This document shows, piece by piece, positions 39,795 through 49,689 of a stretch of 64,000 nucleotides of DNA (position 1 is the stretch's first letter; each line of letters begins with the position of its first letter). The notes beneath the pieces were generated by a model. The model searched no databases and was not told the DNA's origin. It worked only from the letters and a program-made list of their open reading frames with translations. This DNA comes from Candidatus Undivivens industriae. Lineage in GTDB: Bacteria; Omnitrophota; Gorgyraeia; Gygaellales; Profunditerraquicolaceae. The DNA lies in contig JAAYZR010000001.1 of the NCBI GenBank assembly GCA_012514745.1, forward strand, positions 7,877 to 71,876, read 5' to 3'. The position numbers and the translations under genes were made by a program.

Positions 39795-40724
39795 ATGAAG
39801 ACGATAAGCATCATAACCCCTTGTTATAATGAAGAAAGAAATGTCGCCGAGCTTTATAAAGAAGTGAAGAGCGTGATGTCGGGGATCAAGGGGTATGAGT
39901 ACGAGCATATATTCATAGATAACGCCTCTACGGATAACACCGTTTCTATTCTTAAAGAGATCGCCGGCAAGGACAGAAACGTAAAACTCATCGTCAATCT
40001 CAAAAACTATGGGCATTTAAAGTCGCCTTTTTACGCGATCCTTCAGGCAAAGGGAGACGCCGTCATTTCCGTTGTGGCCGACATGCAGGATCCCCCCGCA
40101 CTCATCAGAAGCTTTATCGAAAAATGGGAAGCCGGATATAAAATAGTTGTTGGAGTGAAGAATGAGAGTAAAGAAGCGCGTTGGATGTTCTTTGTCAGAA
40201 AACTCTATTATTGGTTGATAAGCGTTATCTCGACCTCGGAGCAGATAAAGAATTTTACCGGGTTCGGCCTTTACGACAGGTCGGTGATAGAGATATTGCG
40301 TCAGTTCGACGAGAGGTATCCCTATTTTCGCGGACTTATCAGCGATCTCGGTTTCCCGGTAGCGCGAGTGGAATTCATTCAGCCCAGAAGGAAAAAAGGC
40401 AGGAGCAACAACAATCTCTATACGCTTTTTGACCTGGCTATGCTTGGCATAGTGAATTATTCGGTCCTGCCGCTGCGACTCGCCACTTTTATAGGGCTCA
40501 TCACGGCGGCTTTGAGTTTTTTTACGGCATTGTTTTACCTTATATACAAGATCATCTTTTGGAATAAATTCCAGGTCGGCATGGCCCCTTTAGTTATCGG
40601 TATCTTCTTTTTCTCCGCGGTCCAACTTTTTTTTATAGGAATCATTGGCGAATACATAGGTGCTATATACACGCAGATCAAGAAGCGCCCGCTGGTCATC
40701 GAGAAAGAGCGGATAAATTTTTAG
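39795..40724 (+). CDS. GT2 polyprenol-phosphate glycosyltransferase (GtrB-like)
   Basis: PCYNEE, DNASTD and ADMQDPP motifs, two C-terminal TMs, GEYIG..RP; start placed at ATG 39795. Confidence 0.9.
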   Translation: MKTISIITPCYNEERNVAELYKEVKSVMSGIKGYEYEHIFIDNASTDNTVSILKEIAGKDRNVKLIVNLKNYGHLKSPFYAILQAKGDAVISVVADMQDPPALIRSFIEKWEAGYKIVVGVKNESKEARWMFFVRKLYYWLISVISTSEQIKNFTGFGLYDRSVIEILRQFDERYPYFRGLISDLGFPVARVEFIQPRRKKGRSNNNLYTLFDLAMLGIVNYSVLPLRLATFIGLITAALSFFTALFYLIYKIIFWNKFQVGMAPLVIGIFFFSAVQLFFIGIIGEYIGAIYTQIKKRPLVIEKERINF

Positions 40725-40842
40725 CAAAAAAGCAGGAGTGGATTTCACGCAAGAGCATATTGTTCTTGCCCCGAAGTTCATTCCTTTTTTACAGGCCCAT
40801 TATTTTTGACGCGCGCTTCATCTGTAAACTACAGGGTGCGAT

Positions 40843-42141
40843 TTGAAACAGACAAGACGGATATTTATCGAGTGCAGCAATACTTGGGCGAGCGATGTCA
40901 ACACCGGCATTCAACGAGTGGTGCGAAATATCGTCCGGCAGGCTTCCGTCGTCTGCTTTTCTCCTGACGTGCAAACGATACCGGTCGTGATCAGCTCCGG
41001 TTCTTTCCGGGTGGCGGGGGATAAACCGGAAAGCTCTCTTTCCAATGCCGCTCGCATGTGCCGTTTAAAGCGTATCTATTACCGCCTGCGTCCGGCATTA
41101 AAGAAGTTCCCATTCATCGATAAAATAGAATACTTTTGTTTCTTACATGCGCGCCGCTTTATGGCATCGTTGCCGGGATTTTCGGCGGTTTCGCGGCGCT
41201 GCGATTCTACGACAGGGCCAGAAATTGCCCCGGGCAATGGGGACATCGTCATTTTGCTCGATTCTTCCTGGATGTATCCGGTCTGGCCGGCGGTAAAGAA
41301 AGCTAAAAATAACGGTGCAGATATCGTCCTGGTGGTATACGATATAATCCCGCTTTCGCATCCTGAATTTTTTCCGCGCGCGATTAATACGCGTTTCCGC
41401 GAATGGTTTTTAGGTGCCGTGAAAAATGCCGATAGGATAATCTGTATATCCGAATCCGTCCAGAAGGAGATAGCCGCATACCTTGTGAACGTGCCGGGCG
41501 GAGAACGGCTTCACGGACGGGTGGATTTTTTTCATCTGGGTTCGGCGCTGGATAATATACCGGGGCACGCAGAAATTTCCGGGAAACTCCCGAAGGATGG
41601 ATGTAGGTTGAAACGGGGATTTTATATCAGCGTTGGAACGGTGGAAGCGCGCAAAAACCATAAATACTTGCTGGACGCTTTCGATCTTGTATGGGAACGC
41701 TGGCCCGAGGCGGGGTTGTGCATAATAGGAAAAATCGGATGGCTTTGCGAGGATGTGGTTGAGCGTATAATAAAGCACCCATTATTCGGCAAAAAGCTTT
41801 TTATGTTCAATGATGTATCTGATGAGGAACTCGATTTTTATTACAGGAATTCGAAAGCGCTTATATTCGCCTCCTATGCTGAGGGGTTCGGGCTGCCGAT
41901 CGCTGAAGCTATGCTTTACGGATTGCCTGTCTTAGCTAGTGATATACCGGTGCACAGAGAAGTCGGTAAAGGACATTGTTCGTATTTTAACTTGAATGAT
42001 CCGGCCGGGCTGGCGGGAATCATTGGCGAGATTGAAAAAACCGGTAGTATACCAGTCGCAATGAACACCAGCAGATATAGGCCGGTAACTTGGAAGGATA
42101 GCTGGTTGGAATTGCTTGAGAAAGCCGTCGCCGCCGGCTGA
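40843..42141 (+). CDS. GT4 glycosyltransferase
   Basis: TGIQRVV, VGTVEARKN and EGFGLPIAEA motifs. Confidence 0.9.
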   Translation: MKQTRRIFIECSNTWASDVNTGIQRVVRNIVRQASVVCFSPDVQTIPVVISSGSFRVAGDKPESSLSNAARMCRLKRIYYRLRPALKKFPFIDKIEYFCFLHARRFMASLPGFSAVSRRCDSTTGPEIAPGNGDIVILLDSSWMYPVWPAVKKAKNNGADIVLVVYDIIPLSHPEFFPRAINTRFREWFLGAVKNADRIICISESVQKEIAAYLVNVPGGERLHGRVDFFHLGSALDNIPGHAEISGKLPKDGCRLKRGFYISVGTVEARKNHKYLLDAFDLVWERWPEAGLCIIGKIGWLCEDVVERIIKHPLFGKKLFMFNDVSDEELDFYYRNSKALIFASYAEGFGLPIAEAMLYGLPVLASDIPVHREVGKGHCSYFNLNDPAGLAGIIGEIEKTGSIPVAMNTSRYRPVTWKDSWLELLEKAVAAG

Positions 42142-42188
42142 GAGTTCTATGCGGAATTACGCTTTTAACCGCCGCAGAACGGGAAGAC

Positions 42189-43298
42189 ATGAAAATCGCA
42201 TTTGTACATGATTGGCTTACCGGTATGCGCGGGGGAGAGCGCTGCCTGGAGGCTATGTGTGAGCTCTTTCCAGGCGCCGACATCTATACCTTGCTGCATA
42301 TCCCGGGTTCCGTTTCCGGGACTATCGAACGCCATCGCATTATAACTTCACCTCTGCAGTATTTTCCTTTAGTAAAAAACAAGTATCCTTATTATCTTCC
42401 TGTCATGCCCCTGGCGATAGAATCTTTTTGTTTACGTGGATACGATCTCGTAATCTCCTCCAGCCATTGCGTAGCTAAAGGGGCGCGTATTCTCGGGAGA
42501 ACCCCCCATTTATGCTATTGTTATACTCCAATGCGTTATGTTTGGGATATGCACGCGCAGTATTTTCAAAAACAGAATTTAACTTCCCTTGTAATGAGGC
42601 TGCTGCGGAGGCCTCTCAAGAAATGGGACCTGGCTTCTTCGCGAAAGGTAGACGCTTTTATCGCTATCTCCAAAACAGTTCAAAAACGTATCAAACGGTG
42701 CTATACTACAGACTCGCGTATTCTTTATCCTCCCGTGGACACGGAGCGCTTTCTTCACAGAGAGCAGAGAGGTGATTATTATCTCGTAGTAGGCGCTATG
42801 GTCCCTTATAAACGTGTAGATATCGCTGTGGATGCTTTCAATGTCCTGGGATATCCGCTTAAAATAGCAGGCTGGGGCACGGAAGAGGCCCGGTTGAAAA
42901 AAATAGCAAAAGGCAATATTTCTTTTTTAGGAAGGCTTTCCGATCCGGAAATCGCGTCGCTTTACAGCCGTTGCAAGGCATTGATATTTCCCGGGGAAGA
43001 AGATTTCGGTATCGTTCCGCTTGAAGCGATGGCATCGGGAAAGCCTGTACTGGCTTTTGCCGGAGGAGGTGCGGTTGAGACAGTGGTAAATTATGAGAAA
43101 GGTTCGGCACGTCCGGCCACCGGGATATTATTTAAAGAACAGAATGCAGGGGGGTTGATTCGGGCCGTAAAGAGTTTTGAACGGATAGAACGACTTTTTC
43201 TTCCGGAAGAGATTAAGAAACATTCTTTAGCTTTCGACAAAAAGGTTTTTAAGACCGGATTCGGGCAGATTATAGAGGAATTCTTATCTAATGCTTAA
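42189..43298 (+). CDS. GT4 glycosyltransferase
   Basis: HDWLTGMRGGE, YTPMRY and EDFGIVPLEAMASG motifs. Confidence 0.92.
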   Translation: MKIAFVHDWLTGMRGGERCLEAMCELFPGADIYTLLHIPGSVSGTIERHRIITSPLQYFPLVKNKYPYYLPVMPLAIESFCLRGYDLVISSSHCVAKGARILGRTPHLCYCYTPMRYVWDMHAQYFQKQNLTSLVMRLLRRPLKKWDLASSRKVDAFIAISKTVQKRIKRCYTTDSRILYPPVDTERFLHREQRGDYYLVVGAMVPYKRVDIAVDAFNVLGYPLKIAGWGTEEARLKKIAKGNISFLGRLSDPEIASLYSRCKALIFPGEEDFGIVPLEAMASGKPVLAFAGGGAVETVVNYEKGSARPATGILFKEQNAGGLIRAVKSFERIERLFLPEEIKKHSLAFDKKVFKTGFGQIIEEFLSNA

Positions 43299-44700
43299 AA
43301 AACACGGTCAATTACTGCTTAGTTTGTTTTTCATTGCCGACATCCTTTGGGTGATCTCGTGCTGGATGTTGATGTATGTTTTGCGTTTTTCTTTAGATAT
43401 ATTTCCAGTTTTCAGTGAAATCCCTGATTTAAGTCAGCATTACGAATTATTATTTTTCATCGTTCCGGTCTATACGCTTATTTTTAAAATAGCAGGTATA
43501 TATAAACCGAGACGGACTTCCCAGCTGAGTTCCGAGATAATAGATATTATCAAAGTTTCTGTCATTTCCCTGATGAGTCTTATTTTTATAATCTATTTCT
43601 TCAAACAGGGTTTTCATTATTCTCGCCTTACTCTTGTTTTGTTCTTCGTGTTCAGCACGTCCGGTTTGATTTTAATCAGAAGTACCCTGCGCAGGATATT
43701 CAGGGTTTTAAGGAAGAGGGGCTATAATCTGCGGCATGTTTTGATCGTTGGGACAGGGCCGCACGCCCGGGAAGTATACGAAAAGATACATGAGCATCTG
43801 GAGTTCGGGCTGAATTGTGCCGGTTTTCTTCGTAAAGAGAACAGCGCGGATTGCCGATCGGCGGTAGATCCCCAAAAGATAATCGGTACCTATAAAGAGA
43901 TCGAATCGATCATCATGCAAAAAGGCATAGACCAGGTGATCTTTGCGTTGCCTTCCGGGGAGGAGCGTATAATACGGGCGCTTTTGAAAAAAATAGAGAA
44001 GGAGGGGGTGGATATAAAGGTCATTCTTGACCTGGGGGATTTTTTTACTTTGCGCAAAAGTTTCGACGATCTGGCCGGACTTCCCGTTATAACCTTAAGA
44101 GAGAGCCCTTTGTTCGGCTGGCCCCGGATAGGTAAAAGGATGTTTGATATCGCCGGTTCTATTCTCTTTATTATAATCAGCGCGCCTTTAATGTGCTTCA
44201 TAACACTGCTGGTCAAATTGACCTCTAATGGACCGCTATTATACAAGCAGGAGCGCGTAGGTTTGGACGGTGAAAAGTTTATCATTTATAAATTCAGATC
44301 TATGCGCGTGGATGCGGAAAAAAATTGCGGGCCGGTATGGACGACCAGTTCGGATAAGCGACGGACGCCGGTAGGGGCTTTAATAAGACGTACAGGGTTG
44401 GATGAACTACCGCAGTTTTTCAACATTCTCTGGGGCGAAATGAGCTTGGTTGGGCCCAGGCCGGAACGGCCGGTATTTGTGGATAAGTTCCGTGGGCATC
44501 TGCCTAATTATATGCTGAGACATAAAATAAAAGCGGGAATGACCGGCTGGGCGCAGGTACATGGATGGCGCGGAGATACTTCCCTTGAAGAAAGGATTAA
44601 ATACGACCTTTTTTATATCGAACATTGGTCTTTATTGTTTGATTTACAGATACTTTGTATGACACTACCTGCCATTTTAAAAGGAGAGGGCGCTTATTGA
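43291..44700 (+). CDS. Undecaprenyl-phosphate hexose-1-phosphate transferase (WcaJ-like)
   Basis: N-terminal TMs; KRMFDI, KFRSM, LDELPQ, MSLVGPRPE and GMTGWAQV motifs. Confidence 0.93.
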   Translation: MLKKHGQLLLSLFFIADILWVISCWMLMYVLRFSLDIFPVFSEIPDLSQHYELLFFIVPVYTLIFKIAGIYKPRRTSQLSSEIIDIIKVSVISLMSLIFIIYFFKQGFHYSRLTLVLFFVFSTSGLILIRSTLRRIFRVLRKRGYNLRHVLIVGTGPHAREVYEKIHEHLEFGLNCAGFLRKENSADCRSAVDPQKIIGTYKEIESIIMQKGIDQVIFALPSGEERIIRALLKKIEKEGVDIKVILDLGDFFTLRKSFDDLAGLPVITLRESPLFGWPRIGKRMFDIAGSILFIIISAPLMCFITLLVKLTSNGPLLYKQERVGLDGEKFIIYKFRSMRVDAEKNCGPVWTTSSDKRRTPVGALIRRTGLDELPQFFNILWGEMSLVGPRPERPVFVDKFRGHLPNYMLRHKIKAGMTGWAQVHGWRGDTSLEERIKYDLFYIEHWSLLFDLQILCMTLPAILKGEGAY

Positions 44701-44779
44701 GCGGAGCCGTGCGTGAAGCCAGCCCGTTCCTTTTTACTTGTTTTACCGTTAATACTGAAAAATTTTCTAACCTGGTTTG

Positions 44780-46000
44780 ATGTCTGATATGCCGGATAAA
44801 GATAAAATATATAAATTCTTCGATAACCTTCAGTTTTTCGGGTTTTGCCTGATATTATTGGCTGTGCCTTTTTCCCTGGCGGCGATAGAATCCTTTTTCG
44901 GCGTAGTCCTTTTATCGTCGGTTGTTAAATTCTCCGTCAGACGAGACTTGCATTTCATCAAAACCAGGCATACGGCCCTGTTGATTGTGTATATGTTTTT
45001 TCTCGCTCTGTCTCTGTTTAACTGCGGAGCCTACCTCAATATCGGACTTAAAGCCTGGTTTTTTAAATGGGGCGAATATGCGCTTATGTTTTTGACCGCT
45101 TCCGACACGTTCCGTTCACGAAAACGCCTGATAACAGGAATAAAAGTTCTCATTTTTTCTTCCTTTTCGGTCTTCATTTCGGTTATTACCCAGATATGGA
45201 TGGGAAAAGATATTCTTCGGGAAAGAATGCTTGTTTCGATTGCTCCCGGTGTTAATGCGATTACCGGTTCTTTTAACAGCCATAATGATTTGGGCTGTTA
45301 TCTTTCCATAATACTCATTTTACTCTTAGCTTACTTTCTGACGAGGCATAGCCGTAGAACAAAGATTCTCGTCGGATTATGGAGCGTGGTAGTTTGCGCC
45401 GGACTTCTTTTTAGCTTTTCCAGAGGCAGTTGGTTTAACTTTACCGTTTCAATTATCTTTTTTCTGGTTATGTTACGCAATGTCACCGGACGGGTTTTAC
45501 TGAAGGCCGGCATTTTTTGGCTTCTTTTCATGGCCTTTATTCTGTCTGTACCGTCTCTCAAGGCCAGGATGTTATTTACCTTCTCGGCCGAAGGTGACGC
45601 GTTAAGGTTTTCAATATGGAAAAGTTGCTGGCAAATGATTAAGGAGCATATCCTTTTAGGCAGGGGGCTTGGGACATTTATGAGTTATTTCCCCAGCTTT
45701 TCGAACGATTTCAAAACGGCTTATTACGCGCATAACTGTTATTTGCAGATGTGGGTGGAGTCGGGGCTGTTTTCCCTGTTGGCTTTTCTCGCTTTCACCG
45801 GGTCTGTCCTCGTTTCCGTGTGGCAATATGTAAAGCGTTCTAAAGACGTGATGAAAGCGGCATTGCTTGCCGGATGCGTGGGTTTCCTGGCGCACAGTTT
45901 TCTCGATACACAGCTTTATTCGCTTCAGCTTTCGACGTTGTTCTGGATATTGCTGGGAATGACGGCTGCGGAGGATGAAAACATGGCTCACCTTCGTTAA
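44780..46000 (+). CDS. O-antigen ligase (WaaL/Wzy_C) family protein
   Basis: Polytopic membrane protein with SFSRGSW, R..IW, G.GLGTF and AHNCYLQ..E.G motifs. Confidence 0.88.
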   Translation: MSDMPDKDKIYKFFDNLQFFGFCLILLAVPFSLAAIESFFGVVLLSSVVKFSVRRDLHFIKTRHTALLIVYMFFLALSLFNCGAYLNIGLKAWFFKWGEYALMFLTASDTFRSRKRLITGIKVLIFSSFSVFISVITQIWMGKDILRERMLVSIAPGVNAITGSFNSHNDLGCYLSIILILLLAYFLTRHSRRTKILVGLWSVVVCAGLLFSFSRGSWFNFTVSIIFFLVMLRNVTGRVLLKAGIFWLLFMAFILSVPSLKARMLFTFSAEGDALRFSIWKSCWQMIKEHILLGRGLGTFMSYFPSFSNDFKTAYYAHNCYLQMWVESGLFSLLAFLAFTGSVLVSVWQYVKRSKDVMKAALLAGCVGFLAHSFLDTQLYSLQLSTLFWILLGMTAAEDENMAHLR

Positions 46001-46027
46001 ATGCCGAGGATGTTGTGAAGGAGGGAT

Positions 46028-47749
46028 ATGGATAGCAAGCGCAGTAGAAAGACCGCATCCACGCTGTTTTTTCTCGGCGCAGCCGGAACTGTTTTATGTT
46101 TATCCCTTTTCTTTACCAACTATTCCTTTCTTTTAAGAAAACCTGCTTCCTTGTTGTTCCCTTTTTTTCTGATTACGGCTGCGTTGTTTTTCGCCTCCGC
46201 CTATATAGCCGCAAATAAAAAAAGATATATCATGCCGGATATTGCCGCTAATTTGCGCCGGATAGACGAATGGAAGGCGCTCGGAGCCGCGATATTTATT
46301 CTTTCGGCGGTCATATTTTTGCTTTCGACTACGCGTTACAACTCCTACTCCAGCAATTTCGACCTCGCCATATACGACCAGATCATCTGGAATTCCGCGC
46401 ACGGCCGTTTTTTCATTTCTTCGATAATGGGGGATTGCAATTCGCTCGGGAATCATTTCGAGCCGGTCCTGCTTCTTCTGGCGCCGTTTTACAGGATATT
46501 TCCGGATGTCAGGTTTCTTTTCGCGGTGCAGGCGCTGGCGCTTTCTTCGGCGATGATACCGTTGTATCTTGTTTCCAGGCGCTTGCTCGCGCGCAGGCCG
46601 CTTGTGTTCAGCGTCCTCGCGGTTTATTTGCTTTCCCGCGGCATACAAGGAGCGGGGATGTTTGAGTTTCATCCCGATTATTTTCTGCCGTTATTGCTTT
46701 TTTACGCTTATTATTTTTTGATTACGAGCCGGCGCCGCGGAGCAGTATGGATGTGTCTGTTGATGCTTTTATGCAAGGAGAACGCCGCGTTCCTGGTGCT
46801 GGGACTCGGTATATTCGCGATAACCGCAAAAGAGAGCAGGCGGGTAGGGTTTATTCTTTCCGCCGCGGCCCTGTTTTACTGGATCATTCTTACGAAATTC
46901 GTTATGCCTGTTTTTTTTCGTCCGCCGGGAGCGGAACAATACCAATATTACGCCTGGCTTCCCTTCGGGCCTACAGTCAGAGATAATTTTACCGCTCTCA
47001 CGCGTGATCCGGCGGGTTTTATCCGGGTATTTTTCGATGAGATCAGGCTGGGATATTATTTGCATCTGTTGGGCCCTACCGGTTTCCTGGCTTTATTGAG
47101 CCCGGCGCACTACGCGTTGTTTATGCTTCCGGCAGGTATTTTTGTCCTGGGGAGTTTCGGGCACCTCGGACTGCTGAATATAATGGCGCAGTATTCGGCG
47201 CACACGGTCCCCGCCGTTCTTATTTCCGCGATAAACGGGCTGGTTTTTCTACAAAAGAAGCTGTCCATGAGATTCCCGGGGCATAAGGAGAAGATCAGTT
47301 TGATTTTATCGCTATATTTGCTTTTCTTCGCGGCGGGTTTCTACGGAAAGACTTCCGGTCACCGCATCTCCAAATTTATCAGGGCGGGGAGGGATATCGG
47401 GGCGGAGAATATTACCGCGGCTCTGCGTAAATACATACCGGATGGCGCTTCGGTTACCTCCACCATCAATATTTCAGCTCATCTTTCGCGCCGGGAAAAA
47501 CTTTATCTGCTGGAGGAGATGAGGGCGGACTCCAATTATCCGCGGTTGAACGGCGTGAAGTCTGCCGAGGCAGAATATAAAGAGAACCTGTCGTTATCGC
47601 GGCGGCGATATGAAAGCGACTATATTGTGGCGCACCGGAGGTTCTCCGGGGACAAATTCCCGTCCATACTGGAGAAAATATCCGGCCGCAGCTACCGTGA
47701 AATTTATCGTGATCCCGGAGGGCTGGTGATTTTCCAAAAAAACCAATAG
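46028..47749 (+). CDS. DUF2079-like GT-C membrane protein
   Basis: FDLAIYDQIIWN, LGNHFEP, FEFHP and KEN motifs; many TMs. Confidence 0.75.
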   Translation: MDSKRSRKTASTLFFLGAAGTVLCLSLFFTNYSFLLRKPASLLFPFFLITAALFFASAYIAANKKRYIMPDIAANLRRIDEWKALGAAIFILSAVIFLLSTTRYNSYSSNFDLAIYDQIIWNSAHGRFFISSIMGDCNSLGNHFEPVLLLLAPFYRIFPDVRFLFAVQALALSSAMIPLYLVSRRLLARRPLVFSVLAVYLLSRGIQGAGMFEFHPDYFLPLLLFYAYYFLITSRRRGAVWMCLLMLLCKENAAFLVLGLGIFAITAKESRRVGFILSAAALFYWIILTKFVMPVFFRPPGAEQYQYYAWLPFGPTVRDNFTALTRDPAGFIRVFFDEIRLGYYLHLLGPTGFLALLSPAHYALFMLPAGIFVLGSFGHLGLLNIMAQYSAHTVPAVLISAINGLVFLQKKLSMRFPGHKEKISLILSLYLLFFAAGFYGKTSGHRISKFIRAGRDIGAENITAALRKYIPDGASVTSTINISAHLSRREKLYLLEEMRADSNYPRLNGVKSAEAEYKENLSLSRRRYESDYIVAHRRFSGDKFPSILEKISGRSYREIYRDPGGLVIFQKNQ

Positions 47750-47886
47750 AAAAGCGATGTTAAATTCTGTGTCTGGGAATGAAAGCGCTGCTCAAGGCCA
47801 ACGGAGCTTCATTGGTCATACATAGTCAATCCGGCTTTTTTTAGGGGGCAGGAAAACCGAGAAATCCCAAAAATCCACTGTTTTTT

Positions 47887-48242
47887 TTGACAAACCCGTT
47901 GTCTCTGATAGAGTTAAGTTAATATCTCTTCCGGTCGATTCGGCTAAAAGACGATTCGCGCAAGCTTGAGGTATTAGCCATTCGTCATTTAAGTAAGCCC
48001 GGATTACGGTTTTTTCTTTTTCTTCTGGCGTTGTTATCCGCGCCTCCTTCTGCCTGTCCCGCCGCTACCACCGTTCTCAAAGGTTGTATAAGCGATTATT
48101 CTAACGGCAAGCCGGTTACCGCCGCGATAGTTTCACTTGAAGCTTTTGCCGTAATCCGCAAGCGCATCGGGATTTCCACTGCCGGCAATGCCGCAGGTGA
48201 ATACCGTATCGAGGCGCTTTTGCCTTCGGGTATTTACAAGAT
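47887..48242 (+). repeat. Copy 1 of a ~356-bp direct repeat (copy 2 at 49690-50046)
   Basis: Direct alignment gives 7 substitutions and 1 indel; covers the upstream region and first ~80 codons of the 49808 gene. Confidence 0.95.
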
Positions 48243-48291
48243 GGGTTTTTCGCAAGGGGAAGAGATTAAAAAGATAACGCAGAAAGCTTGA
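48004..48291 (+). pseudogene. Truncated duplicate of the 5' end of the 49808 gene
   Basis: Same peptide up to ...SGIYK, then diverges and stops; the TTG start of copy 2 is TTA here. Confidence 0.8.
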
Positions 48292-48341
48292 CTCGCCAAC
48301 TAAATTGGTATATACTCCTAATTAGTAATACTAATTAGGAG
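48288..48341 (+). promoter_or_regulatory. Sigma70 promoter with an overlapping perfect palindrome
   Basis: TTGACT-17 bp-TATACT; CTCCTAATTAGTA-a-TACTAATTAGGAG at 48315-48341 covers the start site and SD. Confidence 0.8.
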
Positions 48342-48351
48342 GGTCGTCCAA

Positions 48352-49515
48352 ATGAAAAATATCCCGAGAAGATTAGATATGCGGTTGCCGCATCACCAAT
48401 CCGCCTTTTTATGGGGGGCCAGAAAAACCGGAAAATCCACATATTTAAAAGAGAGATTTCCTAATAGCGTAGTGTATGATTTCTTAAAAACGGATTTGTT
48501 TTTTGAAATGTCAAAGAATCCTTCACTTTTGCGGGAACAACTGCTTGCAAAAGACGAAACTTTATTAAAAGAACCGGTAATACTTGATGAGGTGCAAAAA
48601 GTTCCGCAAGTGCTTGATGAAGTGCACTGGCTGATAGAGAATAAAGGGTTGAGATTTGTGCTTTGCGGTTCAAGCGCGAGAAAACTGAAAAGAGGCTATG
48701 CTAATCTACTGGGAGGCAGGGCATGGCGTTATGAACTTTTTCCGCTTGTCAGTCAGGAAATAACAAAATTTGATCTGTTGCGCGCTTTAAATCACGGTTT
48801 GATTCCGTTTCATTATTTGCAAGACGACATAGATTATAAGAAATCTTTAGAGGCTTATGTGCAGGATTATTTGGGTCAAGAGGTTTTTGCTGAGGGCTTA
48901 ACACGCAATATTCCCGCGTTTTCAAGGTTTTTTGACGCTTTCGCCTATTCGCATGGCGAGATAACCAATTATTGTAATATTGCCCGTGAATGCGGTGTAG
49001 ATTCTAAGACGGTCAAGGAGTATTACCAGATACTCATAGATACGCTATTGGCAATACGAGTAGAACCTTTTAAGAAAAAACAATCGCGGCAGGTGATAAC
49101 GAAGGCCTCTAAGTATTATATGTTCGATGTCGGAGTAGCGGGGTATTTGACAAAACGTCATTTAACCGAAATAAGAGGCGCTGAATTCGGGAAGGCGTTC
49201 GAACACTTCCTGCTTATGGAGATGATCGCTTATAGATCTTATGCGGGGAAGGATTTTGCGATAAATTTTTGGAGGACAAAATCGGGACTGGAAGTGGATT
49301 TTGTGCTGGGCATGGGAGAGATTGCTATAGAAGTAAAAGGGAGCGCTCGAATTGATGGAAAAGATATGAACGGGTTGCAGGCTTTTGCCAAGGAGTGTCC
49401 TTCGAAAAGGAGTATTTTAGTTTGTAATGAAAAGGGAAAAAGACTACACGGTAAAATAGAAATATCACCATGGGAGATTTTTTTGCAGGAGTTGTGGTCG
49501 GGAAAAATATTGTGA
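48352..49515 (+). CDS. AAA_14-type ATPase with DUF4143/nuclease-like C-terminus
   Basis: GARKTGKST, ILDEVQK, CGSSAR, LGGRA, KYYMFDVG and FWRT...EVDF...IEVK motifs. Confidence 0.92.
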   Translation: MKNIPRRLDMRLPHHQSAFLWGARKTGKSTYLKERFPNSVVYDFLKTDLFFEMSKNPSLLREQLLAKDETLLKEPVILDEVQKVPQVLDEVHWLIENKGLRFVLCGSSARKLKRGYANLLGGRAWRYELFPLVSQEITKFDLLRALNHGLIPFHYLQDDIDYKKSLEAYVQDYLGQEVFAEGLTRNIPAFSRFFDAFAYSHGEITNYCNIARECGVDSKTVKEYYQILIDTLLAIRVEPFKKKQSRQVITKASKYYMFDVGVAGYLTKRHLTEIRGAEFGKAFEHFLLMEMIAYRSYAGKDFAINFWRTKSGLEVDFVLGMGEIAIEVKGSARIDGKDMNGLQAFAKECPSKRSILVCNEKGKRLHGKIEISPWEIFLQELWSGKIL

Positions 49516-49689
49516 GATAGAGTGCGTAAGCTCCGGGGAGGTCGCCTTAATAAGCAACCGGTCGAATAAACGCTGTGTACCGGCGAAGCATTGACTTCGC
49601 CGGAAAATAGAAGGAGATGGACTCTACTCTCTTAATGGGGTTTTCGAGAACCAAGACATAATCCGGCCCAGCCCTTTTTATATTTTTTC

